From NCBI GenBank assembly GCA_963675785.1, contig OY776562.1:2400001-2464000 (forward strand): a DNA stretch of 64,000 nt. The letters are read 5' to 3'. The DNA is from Anaerolineae bacterium (GTDB lineage: Bacteria; Chloroflexota; Anaerolineae; UBA1429). The notes beneath the pieces were generated by a model that saw only the letters and a list, made by a program, of their open reading frames with translations, had not been told where the DNA came from and did no database searches. Positions 62,002-64,000 of the stretch are shown piece by piece (the stretch's first letter is position 1; each line of letters starts with the position of its first letter). The position numbers and the translations under genes were made by a program.

Positions 62002-63474
62002 TTGACAGCCTATTTGCTCAACACACATCCGCATCACTATGAGGCAAAACGCCGGATTGAAATGGCCCTGGGTATCATCGGCCTGCTCATTCTGGGGTTA
62101 CTGCTGGCGTGTGCCCCACTGACGTGGTGTGTGTTGGCCCTTGCTAGCATAGCTGGTTTGACGGCACTTTTGCTCAACCCTGCCCTGGGCCTTTACGCCC
62201 TGGCATTTACCATCCCCTTTGGCTCAGCCATTACAATGCCATTGAACCTACCCTTTGGCCCCAGCGAAGTTGTCTTAGGTGCAACGGTTTTAGCCTATGT
62301 GCTGCGCGCTGTGGCCCTACGCCAGGACGACCTCAACTGGCATCCTCTGATTCTTCTTTGGGTAATCTATGCACTCGTACTGGGCTTTTCCTTTCTAGTA
62401 GCCAGCAACCTGCAAGAAGCTGCCCTGGAATTGGCCAAATGGATCGAGCTGATCATCGTTGCCTTGATAGTTAGTAACCTACACAATGCCCAAAAAACTA
62501 AACTACTGGTGCTAGCCTTGCTATTGGCCGCTATTGCTCAGGCTGCATTGGGTCTTTATCAATTCGTCTTTCAAGTGGGGCCAGAAGGTTTTGTGCTGAT
62601 GGGGCGTTTTATGCGCGCCTATGGCACCTTTGACCAGCCCAACCCCTTTGGAGGCTATTTGGGACTGGTACTACCGTTGGCCTATGGCATCGTCTACACC
62701 GGTTTTGGCAAGTTAAAAGCCACTGCGGCCCAAAAGGACTGGTTAACTATTGCCCTGTTTTGGGTGGCGCTGGTAGCCTGTGTGGCACTAACGGGGGGCG
62801 TTGCCGCCAGTTGGTCGCGCGGAGCCCTGCTGGGCCTGGCAGCCGGCCTTGTCTTGGTGATATTGGCCCTTGGACCAAGAATCTGGCTGACAGTGAGCCT
62901 TGTCGCTCTACTGATCGTCGCCGCTGTCCCCGTTGAACAGTATCTTTCTGGTGGCGACATCATTGAACGTCTCATCGAACCCGTCGCCCTGCTGCAAAAT
63001 GGCGATCTGGCCACCATCGAGATCACCGATTCTAACTTTTCCACAGTAGAACGCGCCGCGCACTGGTTAGCAGCCTGGCGCATGTTTGAGCAATCTCCCT
63101 GGACCGGCGTCGGCCTGGGGCAATATGCCACCGTCTACCCCGAGGTGGCCGTGCCGCGCTGGCAGGATCCACTCGGCCATGCCCACAATATTTATTTGAA
63201 CCTACTGGCTGAAAACGGCATCCCCGGCCTGTTGGCCTTTTTAGGCGTGATGATAGCTTGGATTGCTGCTGCCTGGCGCACCATCAGAAGAAGCAGCGGT
63301 TGGCAGCGTGCTCTGGCCATTGGCGTACTGGGCATGCTCGGCCATTTGGCAGCTCACTCACTCGTCGATAACCTGTTCGTCCATGATATGTACCTTTATA
63401 TGGGCGTGATGTTTGGGCTACTGATTGCTCAATCGACATCCGCCTCAACGGAGTCCAATCAATGCCCAAACTAG
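62002..63474 (+). CDS. O-antigen ligase / oligosaccharyltransferase family protein
   Basis: RAYGTFDQPN, SWSRGA, ERAAHW, GVGLG, HAHNIYL. Confidence 0.85.
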   Translation: MTAYLLNTHPHHYEAKRRIEMALGIIGLLILGLLLACAPLTWCVLALASIAGLTALLLNPALGLYALAFTIPFGSAITMPLNLPFGPSEVVLGATVLAYVLRAVALRQDDLNWHPLILLWVIYALVLGFSFLVASNLQEAALELAKWIELIIVALIVSNLHNAQKTKLLVLALLLAAIAQAALGLYQFVFQVGPEGFVLMGRFMRAYGTFDQPNPFGGYLGLVLPLAYGIVYTGFGKLKATAAQKDWLTIALFWVALVACVALTGGVAASWSRGALLGLAAGLVLVILALGPRIWLTVSLVALLIVAAVPVEQYLSGGDIIERLIEPVALLQNGDLATIEITDSNFSTVERAAHWLAAWRMFEQSPWTGVGLGQYATVYPEVAVPRWQDPLGHAHNIYLNLLAENGIPGLLAFLGVMIAWIAAAWRTIRRSSGWQRALAIGVLGMLGHLAAHSLVDNLFVHDMYLYMGVMFGLLIAQSTSASTESNQCPN

Positions 63475-63911
63475 TCGCTCGCATTCGCCAAATACTCACT
63501 GAGAACAAGAGCGAAGTACATCGTTTTTTGAAATTCGCCGTGGTCGGCAGCATCGGCTTTATCGTCGATTTTAGTCTACTCAATGTCGGCATTCAGATTT
63601 TTGGCCTGGAAAAGTGGGAAGCCAATACGATTTCTTTTACGGCTGCCGTCATCAGTAACTTTTTCTGGAACCGCTACTGGACTTATCCCGAATCCAGAGC
63701 AGATCGCTTTGGGCCACAGTTCCTTCAGTTTTTCCTGGTCAACCTGGGTGGCTTTGCTATCAATCAGGCAGTCTTTTTGTCCCTTTCCAATTATGTTTTC
63801 ACCGATTGGGGAAGCTGGGGCTATAACATTGCCAAAATCATCGCCACTGCCATCGTCATGCTTTGGAACTTTTTCGTGAACCGCAAGTGGACTTACGGAA
63901 AGATCAAATGA
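63462..63911 (+). CDS. GtrA family flippase
   Basis: RFLKFAVVG, SNFFWNRYWT, WNFFVNRKW; 4 TM. Confidence 0.88.
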   Translation: MPKLVARIRQILTENKSEVHRFLKFAVVGSIGFIVDFSLLNVGIQIFGLEKWEANTISFTAAVISNFFWNRYWTYPESRADRFGPQFLQFFLVNLGGFAINQAVFLSLSNYVFTDWGSWGYNIAKIIATAIVMLWNFFVNRKWTYGKIK

Positions 63912-64000
63912 TGCGCATTGCCATCGACTATACCTCGGCCGTTCAGCAACATGCAGGCATTGGGCGTTACACCCGCGAGCTAATTCGGGCTCTGGCGCAG
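63908..64000 (+). CDS. Glycosyltransferase family 4 protein (5' part, truncated by the window)
   Basis: MMRIAIDYTSAVQQHAGIGRYTRELIRALAQ, a typical GT4 N-terminus; ATGA overlap with gtrA. Confidence 0.75.
   Translation, partial: MMRIAIDYTSAVQQHAGIGRYTRELIRALAQ

Noticed and set aside
1-64000. CRISPR arrays, rRNA, IS elements, prophage, programmed frameshifts or stop-codon recoding
   Set aside because: No regularly spaced repeats, transposase/integrase motifs or interrupted conserved genes were seen.

Overview
A 64-kb housekeeping region from a bacterium of moderate GC content. Gene content and lineage-type RpoB inserts suggest Chloroflexota, probably Anaerolineae-like (inference). Minus strand 1-21.7 kb: rpoB, the str operon (rpsL-rpsG-fusA-tuf) and the S10/spc cluster through secY-adk-map-rpmJ-rpsM. 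This is followed by a Zn-ribbon/cold-shock protein, a membrane protein-methyltransferase-argF-cdaA-cdaR-der operon, a GH2, uvrB-uvrA-miaB, an epimerase, trmI plus DUF211, a nitroreductase, a GH3, an MFS transporter plus acyltransferase, an AT-richer accessory patch ending at tRNA-Gln(CTG), gltX, mreBCD-mrdA-minCD-rodA, and the start of a surface-glycosylation locus. No CRISPR array, rRNA, integrase or transposase was seen. The most unusual observations are: (1) the str-operon EF-G has lost all three conserved domain IV tip loops, like recycling-only EF-G2; (2) rpoB has no rpoC beside it and carries substitutions at rifampicin-pocket residues; (3) S12 carries K88R; (4) tRNA-Gln has a G3-U70 pair; (5) a GH-A domain lacking both catalytic glutamates is fused to an O-antigen-ligase domain; (6) infA and minE are missing from their usual operons. 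All family calls are by eye from motifs; no database searches were run.
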